Under the pieces are notes generated by a model. That model ran no database searches. It was not told the origin of the DNA and was given only the letters and a program-made list of their open reading frames with translations. Positions 48,277 through 58,376 of a stretch of DNA of 64,000 nucleotides are shown here, in pieces (the first letter of the stretch is position 1; every line of letters starts with the position of its first letter). This DNA comes from Gemmatales bacterium (GTDB lineage: Bacteria > Planctomycetota > Planctomycetia > Gemmatales > HRBIN36): assembly GCA_041640595.1 (NCBI GenBank), contig JBEPZY010000005.1:1-64000 (forward strand). Direction: 5' to 3'. The position numbers and the translations under genes were made by a program.

Positions 48277-49122
48277 ATGTACGCAGCGACGATTGAAGCG
48301 ATTGCCGAACAGGCGGCCAAAAAGCTCGCCGCTCAGCGCCAATCCCTTTTCGCCCATCTGGTTCGCTCCATGCTGGCCGGCATGTACGTCGGGGTATCCA
48401 TCGCCCTGATTTTCACCATTGGCGGCACACTGGCGACAGCGGCACCGTTTGTGGTGCGGCTGGTGATGGGCGTTTGCTTCGGCTGCGCTCTGAACTATGT
48501 CGTTTTCGCTGGCGCTGAATTGTTTACCGGTAGCAACCTGGTGCTGACGCTCGGCGTGCTGGTCGGCAAAGCTCGCATCGGCGACCTGCTCAGCAACTGG
48601 GTCTGGACCTGGCTCGGTAATCTCGCTGGCAGCATGATCCTGGCCTGGATAGTCGTACAGACCGGCTTGTTCGATAACAGTGGCCCGACGCAGGGCGTGT
48701 ATGCTTTTGTGCAAAATATCGTGGCTGTGAAAATGAACCTGCCTCCCATGCAACTCTTCTGGCGGGCGGTGCTGGCCAACTGGCTGGTGTGTCTCGGTGT
48801 GTGGATGGCTGCACGAATTCAGAGCGAAGCCGCTCGCATCCTCATGATCTGGTGGTGCATGTTCACCTTCATCACCTGCGGTTTCGAGCACAGCATCGCC
48901 AATATGTTCGGCCTGCTGTTGGGCCTGCTGGTGCCGCACAGTGAGAGCATTTCCTGGGCCGGGTACTGGTACAATCTCGGCTTGGCGACACTGGGTAACA
49001 TTGTTGGTGGCGCTGCCTTCGTTGCTGGCATGTACTGGCTGGGCAGCCCGGAGATTCGCCCCGCTGTTCAACCCGCGCAGGAATCTGCCCTCGAAAGCGC
49101 CCCCGAATTAGCCCGCTCCTGA
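48277..49122 (+). CDS. nirC: Formate/nitrite transporter (NirC-like)
   Basis: GAELFTGSN, LGNLAG, LANWLVCL, GFEHSIANM, LGNIVGG. Confidence 0.88.
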   Translation: MYAATIEAIAEQAAKKLAAQRQSLFAHLVRSMLAGMYVGVSIALIFTIGGTLATAAPFVVRLVMGVCFGCALNYVVFAGAELFTGSNLVLTLGVLVGKARIGDLLSNWVWTWLGNLAGSMILAWIVVQTGLFDNSGPTQGVYAFVQNIVAVKMNLPPMQLFWRAVLANWLVCLGVWMAARIQSEAARILMIWWCMFTFITCGFEHSIANMFGLLLGLLVPHSESISWAGYWYNLGLATLGNIVGGAAFVAGMYWLGSPEIRPAVQPAQESALESAPELARS

Positions 49123-49160
49123 ACCGACGTGCCCACCCCATAACTCCGGAGGACTTGCCC

Positions 49161-50420
49161 ATGAACGTTCGGGACTTTCTGCGCGCTGGCCACTGGCCGA
49201 CCTTGCTCGCCGCCTTTGTGTACTTCGACATCAGTTTTCTGGTCTGGGTGCTCCTGGGCGGTTTGAGCAATCATATCGCCGCGGACCTCGAACTCACGCA
49301 CACCCAACGCGGACTTTTAGTGGCCACGCCATTGCTCGGCGGTGCCTTGCTCCGCATTGTGCTGGGACTGCTGACCGACCGCGTGGGCGCGCGACGAACG
49401 GCTCTTATCGGACTGACGAGCACGCTACTGCCTTTGATCCTGGGCTGGCTCGGGGCACACAGTTTTGCAAAGCTGCTATGGGTAGGGTTGTTGCTGGGCA
49501 TAGCCGGGGCGAGTTTCGCTGCTGCATTGCCTCTGGCGGGGCGATGGTATCCGCCGCAGTATCAGGGGCTGGCTCTGGGCATCGCGGGGGCCGGCAACAG
49601 TGGCACTGCCTTAGCCACCTTTTTCGCACCGCGACTGGCCGAACTGGTCGGATGGCAAAATGTTTTCGGTCTGGCGGTGATTCCGGTGCTGACCGCCCTT
49701 GTGGTTGTCGTACTGCTGGCACGGGAAGCTCCGAACGCTTCCAGCTCCCAACCTGTGATACGCTATTTCCGAGTTTTGCGCGAACAGGATAGCTGGTGGT
49801 TGTGCGGTTTTTACGCAGTAACTTTCGGCGGGTTCGTTGGTCTGGCCAGCTTTCTCAACACTTTTTACCGCACCCAGTACGGTGTGCATCCAGTCGTGGC
49901 CGGGAGTCTGGCCACTATTTCCGTGCTGGCGGGTTCTTTCTTACGGCCCGTCGGCGGCTATCTGGCCGACCGATTCGGTGGCGTGCGAGTCCTGACGGTG
50001 ATTTACGGCCTGGTGGCGGCAATCATGACTGCTTTAGCTTGTCATCCCTCGGTCACTGTGGCGACGGTTCTCTTCACGGGCACACTGGGCCTTCTCGGTA
50101 TGGGCAACGGTGCAGTGTTTCAACTCGTGCCCCAACGCTTCCCCAGAGAGCTCGGCGTCATCACCGGTCTGATTGGCGCTGCCGGAGGTCTGGGCGGATT
50201 TTTCCTGCCTACCTCGCTGGGTCTGCTGCGCGATTACACTGGTTCGTATGCTGGCGGGCTGGCCGCTTTTGCTGCGATTTCCCTGGTCGGTGCGGTCGCT
50301 ATCGTTCACATCACCCGCGCCTGGTACGGCATTTACATACAGGCCGGCGGACTGGCATCCGCTTCCCTCGAGCGGTTAGCTCCCAGCTCTGCTAACCTGG
50401 CCACCGGCGAAGAAACTTAG
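49161..50420 (+). CDS. NarK/NasA-family nitrate transporter (MFS)
   Basis: GIAGASFA, WYPP..QG.ALG..G.GNSG, FGGFVG, RPVGGYLADRFGG, GMGNGAVFQLVP. Confidence 0.92.
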   Translation: MNVRDFLRAGHWPTLLAAFVYFDISFLVWVLLGGLSNHIAADLELTHTQRGLLVATPLLGGALLRIVLGLLTDRVGARRTALIGLTSTLLPLILGWLGAHSFAKLLWVGLLLGIAGASFAAALPLAGRWYPPQYQGLALGIAGAGNSGTALATFFAPRLAELVGWQNVFGLAVIPVLTALVVVVLLAREAPNASSSQPVIRYFRVLREQDSWWLCGFYAVTFGGFVGLASFLNTFYRTQYGVHPVVAGSLATISVLAGSFLRPVGGYLADRFGGVRVLTVIYGLVAAIMTALACHPSVTVATVLFTGTLGLLGMGNGAVFQLVPQRFPRELGVITGLIGAAGGLGGFFLPTSLGLLRDYTGSYAGGLAAFAAISLVGAVAIVHITRAWYGIYIQAGGLASASLERLAPSSANLATGEET

Positions 50421-50523
50421 TCCCTCTCGATCACCAGCATGGCAAGCCCAGGTGATCGACTCGCAAAATCAAGGCATGCGTGCTAGTACTATATGCCCGC
50501 CTCAAGAACCGGCACCTTGTCGC

Positions 50524-51510
50524 TTACTGTACCTGCACCACCGCCAGATAGATCGCGGCCCGACCTTCATGCGAACTGTAGTAGCTAATATAGAGACGGC
50601 CTTCGTGCCAGACTAAGCCGGGATAACTCGTATCACCACCACTGGGCAAGGTTATAAGCGGTATTAGTTTGCCCTGCTCGACATCCAGCCGGGCCAGGAC
50701 CGTCTGTGCTTTCTTATCCTGAATGATCCGCCCGGCCGCGATCCAGCGACCATCGGGCAACTTAATAAAATTCGGCCCGCCGAAATAGACACCTAAGTCT
50801 TTCCATTCCCAGTGCTTATAGGGTGGTTTACTAACACCTAATAAAGCACTGTTCGGCATACCGTCTCGCCGTTGCATGCAATACATTGTGTCGCCATCGA
50901 AACGCAAGGTGGCCTCCGTACAGTTCGGCGGTGCAAACTCCGCAACCTTCGTATAAGCCAAACCGTCGCGCGTACTATAGAGAATGGCACTGTAGCGGCG
51001 TTGCTTTTCCTGTGGGGCCCAACGATAGGCCACACCATAACCGGTGCCCTGATGCCAGGTCAATCGCCAGAGCCACTGCCAGCTTTCTATGATTCTGCGT
51101 GGCTCACTCCATTGCCGGCCATCGGTTGAGGTGCTGACAAATGTATAGTGATCGGTAAGCGGATTTCTCGTCGCGGGAACGGCAGCAGCGGCGACGAGCA
51201 GGAGTTTGCCGTCCGGCGTAATGCTTAGTTTCGGATCGCGATAGTCCACGTTCTCACGCTCTAATACGGCAACCGATTTCCATTCCTTTGTGTCTATGGA
51301 ACTAATAATGCGAATACGTCCGGCATCACCGGCGTGCGCCTTGCCTTCACGGAAACAGCAAAGCCATTCGCCCCGATAGCGAATGAGGTCTGTAAAAGCA
51401 TTATGCGGCGCAGCTCCCCAGATTTTCCTGACTTCGACTAATTGCAGTCCCTCCTGCGAGGCGGTAAGCATCGGCACGCCGAACAGTAAAATCCAGGAAA
51501 GTCGGGTCAT
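50524..51510 (-). CDS. Secreted sialidase/BNR-like beta-propeller protein
   Basis: Signal peptide; HNAFTDL, FREG, RDPKL, STDGRQWS Asp-box, GGDTSYPG, YYSSHEG. Confidence 0.75.
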   Translation of the reverse strand: MTRLSWILLFGVPMLTASQEGLQLVEVRKIWGAAPHNAFTDLIRYRGEWLCCFREGKAHAGDAGRIRIISSIDTKEWKSVAVLERENVDYRDPKLSITPDGKLLLVAAAAVPATRNPLTDHYTFVSTSTDGRQWSEPRRIIESWQWLWRLTWHQGTGYGVAYRWAPQEKQRRYSAILYSTRDGLAYTKVAEFAPPNCTEATLRFDGDTMYCMQRRDGMPNSALLGVSKPPYKHWEWKDLGVYFGGPNFIKLPDGRWIAAGRIIQDKKAQTVLARLDVEQGKLIPLITLPSGGDTSYPGLVWHEGRLYISYYSSHEGRAAIYLAVVQVQ

Positions 51511-52385
51511 GGCAGGCTCCTTGAGTGTGGTGCATGATTCCGACGCGCTGTCAGGTAATCCTGGAGGGCATCCCACCAGGAACGCATCGGCGGTGTGTGC
51601 GGGTGTTCGCTGATTAAGGCACTATAGTTAGGGCGACGGGCTGCTGTAGGTTTTTCTTTCGAGCTAACTGGACGAACTTGAGTATTCAGCCCGGCTTGTT
51701 GGATAATAGCCCTGGCAAATTCGTACCAGGAGACCGCACCTGTATTCACCAGATGCACTAATCCGGTCATCTTATGTTCTAAACATTGCAGCACAGCCGT
51801 AACTAAGTCCTCAACGTAAGTGGGAGAGCACACCTGATCAGCGACAACCTCGATGGTCTGGTGAGCGGTGGCCTGGCGTAAAATGCGTTCGACGAAATTA
51901 TCCTTCTTGCCTCCGCTCCCCGGCACACCGTATAAGCCACAGGTGCGGATGACAAGGTGATGAGGGGTTGAACTGCGAACGAAATACTCGCCGGCGAGTT
52001 TAGATACGCCATAGACGTTGACCGGACCAGGCAGGTCGCTTTCGCGGTAAGGCAGGCGGCGAGTCTCATCGAGTCCGAAAACATAGTCGGTGCTGAAATG
52101 AACCAGAAATGCTCCCACCTCAGAACAGGCGTGAGCCAGGGCGCGTACTGCCAGGGCATTGACCGCGAAGGCTGGTTGCGGTTCCTGCTCAGCGCGATCC
52201 ACGAAGTTCCAGGCCGCACAATTCAGCACCACTTGCGGTCGGTGCAAAAGAAGGAGGCGCCTTACCGCTTCGGCATCGGTAATGTCACATTCCGCTCGGC
52301 TGACGGCCAGCGCAGCGGAACCGAGGCGCCGGACAAACGCTTGACCGAGCTGGCCGGTTTTGCCAATAATCAGGTATCTAACCAT
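51507..52385 (-). CDS. rfbD: dTDP-4-dehydrorhamnose reductase
   Basis: GKTGQLG, NCAA, STDYVF, YGVSKLAGE, DQ..SPT, RP.YS.L. Confidence 0.92.
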   Translation of the reverse strand: MVRYLIIGKTGQLGQAFVRRLGSAALAVSRAECDITDAEAVRRLLLLHRPQVVLNCAAWNFVDRAEQEPQPAFAVNALAVRALAHACSEVGAFLVHFSTDYVFGLDETRRLPYRESDLPGPVNVYGVSKLAGEYFVRSSTPHHLVIRTCGLYGVPGSGGKKDNFVERILRQATAHQTIEVVADQVCSPTYVEDLVTAVLQCLEHKMTGLVHLVNTGAVSWYEFARAIIQQAGLNTQVRPVSSKEKPTAARRPNYSALISEHPHTPPMRSWWDALQDYLTARRNHAPHSRSLP

Positions 52386-52435
52386 GGCGGTTGGTTCATC
52401 CTGCCGGGGATGGCGTATAAGGCTAGGATAGCAAA

Positions 52436-54877
52436 ATGCCACCGGATGTCCTGAGCCGCGACGCGATTTATGAGCGTTTCGTTGAGCAGCTGCCTTTCCC
52501 GTTGTATCCGATGCAGGAGGAAGCTCTGCTGGCCTGGTTTGCATCGGAGCAGGGGGTACTGGTCTGCGCTCCTACCGGTATGGGCAAGACGGTGATTGCT
52601 CATGCAGCATTATTTGAGGCCCTGCATACCGGAACGGTGGCCTACTATACGACGCCTCTCATTGCCCTGACCGAGCAGAAATTCGACGAATTGCGTGCGC
52701 TGGCAGAAAAGTGGGGCTTCTCGGCGGATGATGTTGGATTGGTGACCGGCAATCGGCGAGTCAATCCGCAGGCGCGAATTCTGGTCGTGGTGGCCGAAAT
52801 TCTGTTGAACCGACTGCTCCAACCACGCGGCTTCGATTTTTCGCAGGTTTCCGCCGTGGTTATGGATGAGTTTCACAGTTTTAACGATCCCGAGCGGGGC
52901 ATCGTCTGGGAGCTGACACTGGCTCTGTTACCGCGGCATGTACGCTTGCTGTTACTCTCCGCGACAGTGGGCAATGCCCGCGAGTTTCTGAACTGGCTGC
53001 ATCGCTGTCATGGTCGCCAGATCGAACTGGTGGAAAGCAATGAGCGGCGTGTGCCTTTGACTTACCAGTATGTGCCGGACCAGTTCCTCACTGACCATTT
53101 GCAATGGATGGCCCAGGGCTCGGTCGAAACGCGCAAAACACCGGCTTTGGTGTTTTGTTTCAATCGGGAGGAATGCTGGAGCGTCGCCGAGCAACTCAAG
53201 GGCCTGCCCTTGCTCGACGAAGAAACCCGTCGCCGCGTCAATGCTGAGGTGGATAAACTCGACTGGAGGCATGGAGTCGGCCCGAAACTCAAGCAGATGC
53301 TGCGGCGAGGAGTCGGCGTCCATCACGCCGGATTGTTGCCGAAATATCGCCGGGTCGTCGGGGATTTTTTCGAGCGCAAATTGCTGGCCGTCGTCGTTTG
53401 CACGGAAACGCTTTCGGCAGGTATCAATCTCCCGGCTCGCAGCGTCGTTCTGACCACGCTGGTCAAAGGGCCACCGGGCAAACAGAAGCTGATTGACGCC
53501 AGCACGGCTCATCAGATTTTCGGTCGGGCGGGCCGGCCACAGTTCGACAAGCAGGGATACGTCTTCGCTCTCGCTCACGAAGACGACGTCCGCATCCATC
53601 GCTGGCGGGAAAAATATGATGCCATCCCCGAAGACACCAAAGACCCGGTTCTGCTCAAACTCAAGAAGGAACTCAAACGCAAAAAGCCCACCCGCCGCGA
53701 AAATCAGGTGTACTGGAGCGAAGGAGACTTTCATCGTCTCCGCAATTCGCCGCCTGGCAAACTTTCGAGCAAGGGAACCCTTCCCTGGCGGCTTCTGGCC
53801 TACATGCTGCAGGTTTCGCCGGAGATCGGCCCCATTCGCCAGATGGTACGCAAACGCCTGCTGCCGGCCAATCAGCTAGCCGCTGCGGAACGTGACCTGC
53901 ACACCATGCTGCGGGTGCTTCATCAGGCCGGTTTTGTGCAACTCGAGCCGCCACCCGGAGATGATCTCAGCAACTGGTCTCCGGAACTGGCGCACCCCAC
54001 GGAGAAGCTCGCCACGCTGCTATTGTTTCGCAGCATTCATCCGCTTTACGGAGCGTATCTGCTGGACATGCTCGGTCTGGCCGACCGACGGGAACGGTTG
54101 CAGGCCCTGGAAAGCGTGCTGGAAATTCCCAGTTCGCTTCGCCACAAGGTGCGTGTTCCACCTCCGGAAAAACTTCCCCCCGGTCCGCTGGCTGTTTCCC
54201 GCCTGGACCCCGAACTGATCCGCCGCGGACTGATAGCCGCTCCTATCACGGAAACACCCGACGAAGAAGAGGAAGATGACGAACCGGTTGACTGGCAACC
54301 CCAGGAACGACCACCTGTTTTCGCCGATAAGCTCCGCCTCCTCTTCGAGGACCTTTATCCCGACGTGCGCGACTTGAAAGTGGTTCCCGTGTGGGCAGCC
54401 GGGGAATTGCTGGAAATGGGTGGCGATTTCCACAAATATATCGCCGCCCACGACCTCGCTAAACAGGAAGGGATCATTTTCCGCCACCTGCTTCGACTCA
54501 TCCTGCTTTGCGGGGAATTCGCCGACGCCCAACCCACCGAAGGCGATCCACAAGCCTGGCACGACGAAATGGTGGATATTGCGGCTCGCCTGACCGCCAC
54601 TTGCCGCGCCGTGGATCCCACCAGCACGGACCAACTCATCGAGGAAGCACAGGCTGCCGATGTGGTCGAAGGCGAAACCGCTCGCGAACATCCTCACGCT
54701 TTGGCCGAGGCCCTCGCCGCCGCCACACAAACTACGCGCATCATCTTCAGCCCCGATGACACTGCTTCCTTACTGGATCGCTCTCTGCGACCGTTCGGCG
54801 CCATTCCTGATGCCCCAGTTTCTGCTGCACAGCCCGCATCCTCGTCCCCCGACGGGTCCGAAAATCCCCTGCCTTGA
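52436..54877 (+). CDS. Ski2-like (HelY-type) DEAD/DEAH-box helicase
   Basis: APTGMGKT, DEFH, SAT, HHAG, TETLSAGINLPAR, QIFGRAGR. Confidence 0.9.
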   Translation: MPPDVLSRDAIYERFVEQLPFPLYPMQEEALLAWFASEQGVLVCAPTGMGKTVIAHAALFEALHTGTVAYYTTPLIALTEQKFDELRALAEKWGFSADDVGLVTGNRRVNPQARILVVVAEILLNRLLQPRGFDFSQVSAVVMDEFHSFNDPERGIVWELTLALLPRHVRLLLLSATVGNAREFLNWLHRCHGRQIELVESNERRVPLTYQYVPDQFLTDHLQWMAQGSVETRKTPALVFCFNREECWSVAEQLKGLPLLDEETRRRVNAEVDKLDWRHGVGPKLKQMLRRGVGVHHAGLLPKYRRVVGDFFERKLLAVVVCTETLSAGINLPARSVVLTTLVKGPPGKQKLIDASTAHQIFGRAGRPQFDKQGYVFALAHEDDVRIHRWREKYDAIPEDTKDPVLLKLKKELKRKKPTRRENQVYWSEGDFHRLRNSPPGKLSSKGTLPWRLLAYMLQVSPEIGPIRQMVRKRLLPANQLAAAERDLHTMLRVLHQAGFVQLEPPPGDDLSNWSPELAHPTEKLATLLLFRSIHPLYGAYLLDMLGLADRRERLQALESVLEIPSSLRHKVRVPPPEKLPPGPLAVSRLDPELIRRGLIAAPITETPDEEEEDDEPVDWQPQERPPVFADKLRLLFEDLYPDVRDLKVVPVWAAGELLEMGGDFHKYIAAHDLAKQEGIIFRHLLRLILLCGEFADAQPTEGDPQAWHDEMVDIAARLTATCRAVDPTSTDQLIEEAQAADVVEGETAREHPHALAEALAAATQTTRIIFSPDDTASLLDRSLRPFGAIPDAPVSAAQPASSSPDGSENPLP

Positions 54878-54880
54878 ACC

Positions 54881-55252
54881 TCACTTGTTATAGACCAGCT
54901 TCGGGTCAAACACTTTGCTGGCTGCTATAAGCCACTGGCCGTTTTCGTAGCGGCGGTAGAAACAACTGCGGTAACCTTCATGGCAAGCCGCCCCTCCTAC
55001 CTGCCGCACTTTCAAAAGGATCGTGTCGCCGTCGCAATCCAGATGAGCGCTGACCACTTCCTGCCAGTGCCCGCTTTCCTCGCCTTTCCGCCACAGTTTC
55101 TGTCGGCTGCGACTATAATAACAGGCACGTCCGGTACGGATAGTTTCCTCCCAGGCTTCCCGATTCATCCACGCCAGCATCAGCACCTCACCGGTATCGG
55201 CATCCTGAGCAATAGCGGGCACCAAACCACCCATCTTATCAAAGTCAATCAT
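54881..55252 (-). CDS. hisI: Phosphoribosyl-AMP cyclohydrolase
   Basis: [37 protein letters not shown]. Confidence 0.95.
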   Translation of the reverse strand: MIDFDKMGGLVPAIAQDADTGEVLMLAWMNREAWEETIRTGRACYYSRSRQKLWRKGEESGHWQEVVSAHLDCDGDTILLKVRQVGGAACHEGYRSCFYRRYENGQWLIAASKVFDPKLVYNK

Positions 55253-55315
55253 GGCTACCCCCTATATTCTTCCGACTGGGCTGAGCCACTCTGGCAGCGT
55301 CCCTCTTTGCCGAGC

Positions 55316-58300
55316 CTATTTCTTTTCGGATGCAGCTTTCCCTGGCTCGCTTTTCAGGGTTTGCAAAAATTCTACTAAGTCCACTAAGTCCTGTTCGCTC
55401 ATATATTGTATCAGGTCGCTAGGCATGAGCGACCTGGGACTTTTGGCACGCTCGCTAATATCGGCCTTTTGGATTTTCCAATCCTTGCCGTTAGCATCGC
55501 GAAGCACCAGATGTTCGCCAGCTTCCTCAATCAAGATACCCTGCACGATCAGCCCTTGTTTGGTTTCGACGACCCATTGGACGAATTGATCAGCGATGGC
55601 TTTATCCGGATAAAGGATGGATTCAAACAGATTTTCCCGACTGGCTTTCGAGCCGATGGCACTGAGATCCGGGCCGATCTTTCCTCCCTGTCCATGCACG
55701 GTATGACACCGCGCACAGCCCAGGTCTTTATTTTCGAAAAACAGGCGTTGGCCATGTTGTCTATCTCCCCGCCTGAGTACGAGCTGACCGATTTCCGGAA
55801 GCTGACGGGGATTTAGTTTTGTAGCAGGAAAAGCAACGAGTGCCTTGTTACGCAAGTCCTGGAACGGGCTTTGCCGCAGCAGTCGCGCTGCCTCTGCTTG
55901 TAAAGGTTTATCCAGGTCTTGATAATGCTCAAATAACCATAAGGAACCAGGACGGGAAGATGCCAGGGCAGCTAAAATGTCCTGACGGGAACTTAGCGAT
56001 AGGTCAGGTCGCTTGAGCAGGTCGCCGAGGGCCTTGATGGCTTGCGGTGTCGCTTGCCGGCTTAGTGCGGAGATTACTTCGTTTCGCAGCGACGTTTCTC
56101 CGAGCAACGTCAACAGGGCTTCAGTTGGCCGCGAGCCGCGAATCGAACCGAGTGCCAGCACGCATTTCCGGCGCAACGCTAATGGCTGATCCGCTTGCTT
56201 GGCTAGCTCGGTCAGCGTTTCCACCCAGGCCTCCGACTCCGTTGCGGATACTAAGTCCACGGCATCGAGTTGATATTTAGGATTTTTTAGCCAGTGGCGA
56301 ATCAGGTTTTCGCAAGTTTTCGACTTGCCGAGGGCAGCCCATTTGCCAGGTAAATAACGTTTCAGCCATTCGAGAGCACGTTGTCGCAGTTCAGGTGGTA
56401 AGTCCTGGCTTAGAACGCGCAGCAGGACTTCGCCACCTGAGGTTCCTTCGCTGGCAGCAAGGATATCGAGCATGCGCTGGCGCTCGGGCAGAGAGAATCG
56501 CGGGTCTAAGATTTTGGTATCTAATTGCTGGATAATTTCCGGGGGACGCCATTCCCATACTAAGTCGAGGACCTTCTCGTCCCACTGCGGAAATCGCTGT
56601 TGAAAACCCGCTAATAATTTCGTTCGTCGCTCGCTTGGCTGGTGACCTACGGCAATACCGAGAGCCACAAGGTAAAAATGATCGTTGCCCGGATACAACT
56701 TCGCCAGTTGATCAATCCACGGTTGAGCGAATTCGGGTTCCTCGTCGCGAAGAGCAATTGCTAATTCGCGTAGTATGGGTAAGGGGGTGCCGGGTCTTAG
56801 GAATGAGCGTAACCAATTCTGCACCACCTGCGGTGCCTGCTGCAGGTGAAGCGAGCGGTCTTTAGCGATGCGAACTAACATCATGTGCCAGCGTACATCG
56901 GAGCTTTTGTTAGTTAGTAACGGCCACCATTGGTCCCAATCCGGTTGCTGTGCAAGGCACCAGGCTAGTCGAGCGCAGGTTGCCAGATCGGTTTCGCCTT
57001 GAAGAGCGCTGCTGACCAGAGCAGCCTGTCGGTGTGTGGGAAGTTGACGCAACGCCTGCCAGCTGCCGTAGCGAGTGCTTAGATTGGGGGACTTAAGCCC
57101 GGCAATAATTCCTTCTTCGCTCGACCAGTCAGGCGGCTTAATGCGATAACCAGCGTGACCTGCCGGTGTTAATCTATAGATGCGTCCTCGTGTAATGTCG
57201 CCCATGCCGTGTCCGCCCACGCCGGGATCATACCAATCGCTTACCATGACCGAACCGTCAGGAGCAACGCAAATATCGGATGGCCGGAACCAGTTATCCT
57301 GGGAATTAACAATATCCTCGCGGTCGATGGCGAAGCCGGAACCATCGAACCGAACGTAATAAATGCGCACCTGCCGTGGCCCGGCATCGGTGTGAAGCAG
57401 ACGGCCATAATAATCTTTAGGCTGACGGCCACCAGTCCACGGAATCAAGGTGCCTTCATACCAGGCCATGCCTGTCGGTGAGCCAAACCAGGTGCGCAAT
57501 ACCTTATGTACGACTCCGGGTTGCTCTTCGTGCCAATGCGACTCTCCCCGACCGCGGGGCCAGTAGCCGTAGTTGCCACCGAACATAACATGGCAAATCC
57601 GTGTCTGCTGGTTACCATCATCGTCATTATCGGAAACGAAGAGCGTGCCGAAACTATCTATCGCCGGTTCGTAATGATTGCGGAAATTATCTGCTAACAT
57701 CTCGACATTAGTGCCATCCGGGTCGCATCGCCAAACCGTACCGGCCCGACAGTCTAAATTATTAGTTTTCCACACTTTGCCCCAGCGGTCACGGATACCA
57801 TCTATACCGGTATCGCCGCATGTGAAATATAGTTTGCCGTCCGGGCCGAAATGAATACCATGCACGCCGTGATCGTGATCGTAACCGCGAAAGCCACTGA
57901 GCAACACCTTCGGAGGTCCGTCCGCACGCAAATCGTCGTCAGCGTCCTCGAAAACATAGATATGGGGAGAGTGACATACATAAACTCGTTGTCCCTTGCC
58001 GTTCGGATTCGGAGCGATAGCAATACCCAGGGGAGCTATAAAGTCGGGCGACTGATAAAATGTTGTCGCCCGGTCTGCTTTGCCATCGCCATCCACGTCT
58101 TCGAGAACGAGAATGCGATCGCCTTCGGGACGATTAAGCGGACGGTTGCGTAATCGGCAGCGATAGTTCACGGATTCACACACCCAGACTCGGCCACGGT
58201 GATCAATGTCTATACACGTTGGATTAACCAGGAGAGGTTCGCTGGCAAAGAGTTGCCATTGCAGGTTTGCTGCAACCTGAAACGTAGCAAGGGCATCGCT

Positions 58301-58375
58301 GGCAGGCTTCTGGGCCAATGCCAAGCTGAGAATCCATGCCAGTCCGCCTATGCAAAAGCTCAATCGTCGGCTCAT
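55316..58375 (-). CDS. PVC-type membrane-bound dehydrogenase-like protein with C-terminal CxxCH heme domain
   Basis: Signal peptide; LFASEP..NPT.I.ID.RGRVWV propeller, FRPSD, HEAT-like repeats, CARCH, GPDLS, SLMP. Confidence 0.88.
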   Translation of the reverse strand: MSRRLSFCIGGLAWILSLALAQKPASDALATFQVAANLQWQLFASEPLLVNPTCIDIDHRGRVWVCESVNYRCRLRNRPLNRPEGDRILVLEDVDGDGKADRATTFYQSPDFIAPLGIAIAPNPNGKGQRVYVCHSPHIYVFEDADDDLRADGPPKVLLSGFRGYDHDHGVHGIHFGPDGKLYFTCGDTGIDGIRDRWGKVWKTNNLDCRAGTVWRCDPDGTNVEMLADNFRNHYEPAIDSFGTLFVSDNDDDGNQQTRICHVMFGGNYGYWPRGRGESHWHEEQPGVVHKVLRTWFGSPTGMAWYEGTLIPWTGGRQPKDYYGRLLHTDAGPRQVRIYYVRFDGSGFAIDREDIVNSQDNWFRPSDICVAPDGSVMVSDWYDPGVGGHGMGDITRGRIYRLTPAGHAGYRIKPPDWSSEEGIIAGLKSPNLSTRYGSWQALRQLPTHRQAALVSSALQGETDLATCARLAWCLAQQPDWDQWWPLLTNKSSDVRWHMMLVRIAKDRSLHLQQAPQVVQNWLRSFLRPGTPLPILRELAIALRDEEPEFAQPWIDQLAKLYPGNDHFYLVALGIAVGHQPSERRTKLLAGFQQRFPQWDEKVLDLVWEWRPPEIIQQLDTKILDPRFSLPERQRMLDILAASEGTSGGEVLLRVLSQDLPPELRQRALEWLKRYLPGKWAALGKSKTCENLIRHWLKNPKYQLDAVDLVSATESEAWVETLTELAKQADQPLALRRKCVLALGSIRGSRPTEALLTLLGETSLRNEVISALSRQATPQAIKALGDLLKRPDLSLSSRQDILAALASSRPGSLWLFEHYQDLDKPLQAEAARLLRQSPFQDLRNKALVAFPATKLNPRQLPEIGQLVLRRGDRQHGQRLFFENKDLGCARCHTVHGQGGKIGPDLSAIGSKASRENLFESILYPDKAIADQFVQWVVETKQGLIVQGILIEEAGEHLVLRDANGKDWKIQKADISERAKSPRSLMPSDLIQYMSEQDLVDLVEFLQTLKSEPGKAASEKK

Positions 58376-58376
58376 A

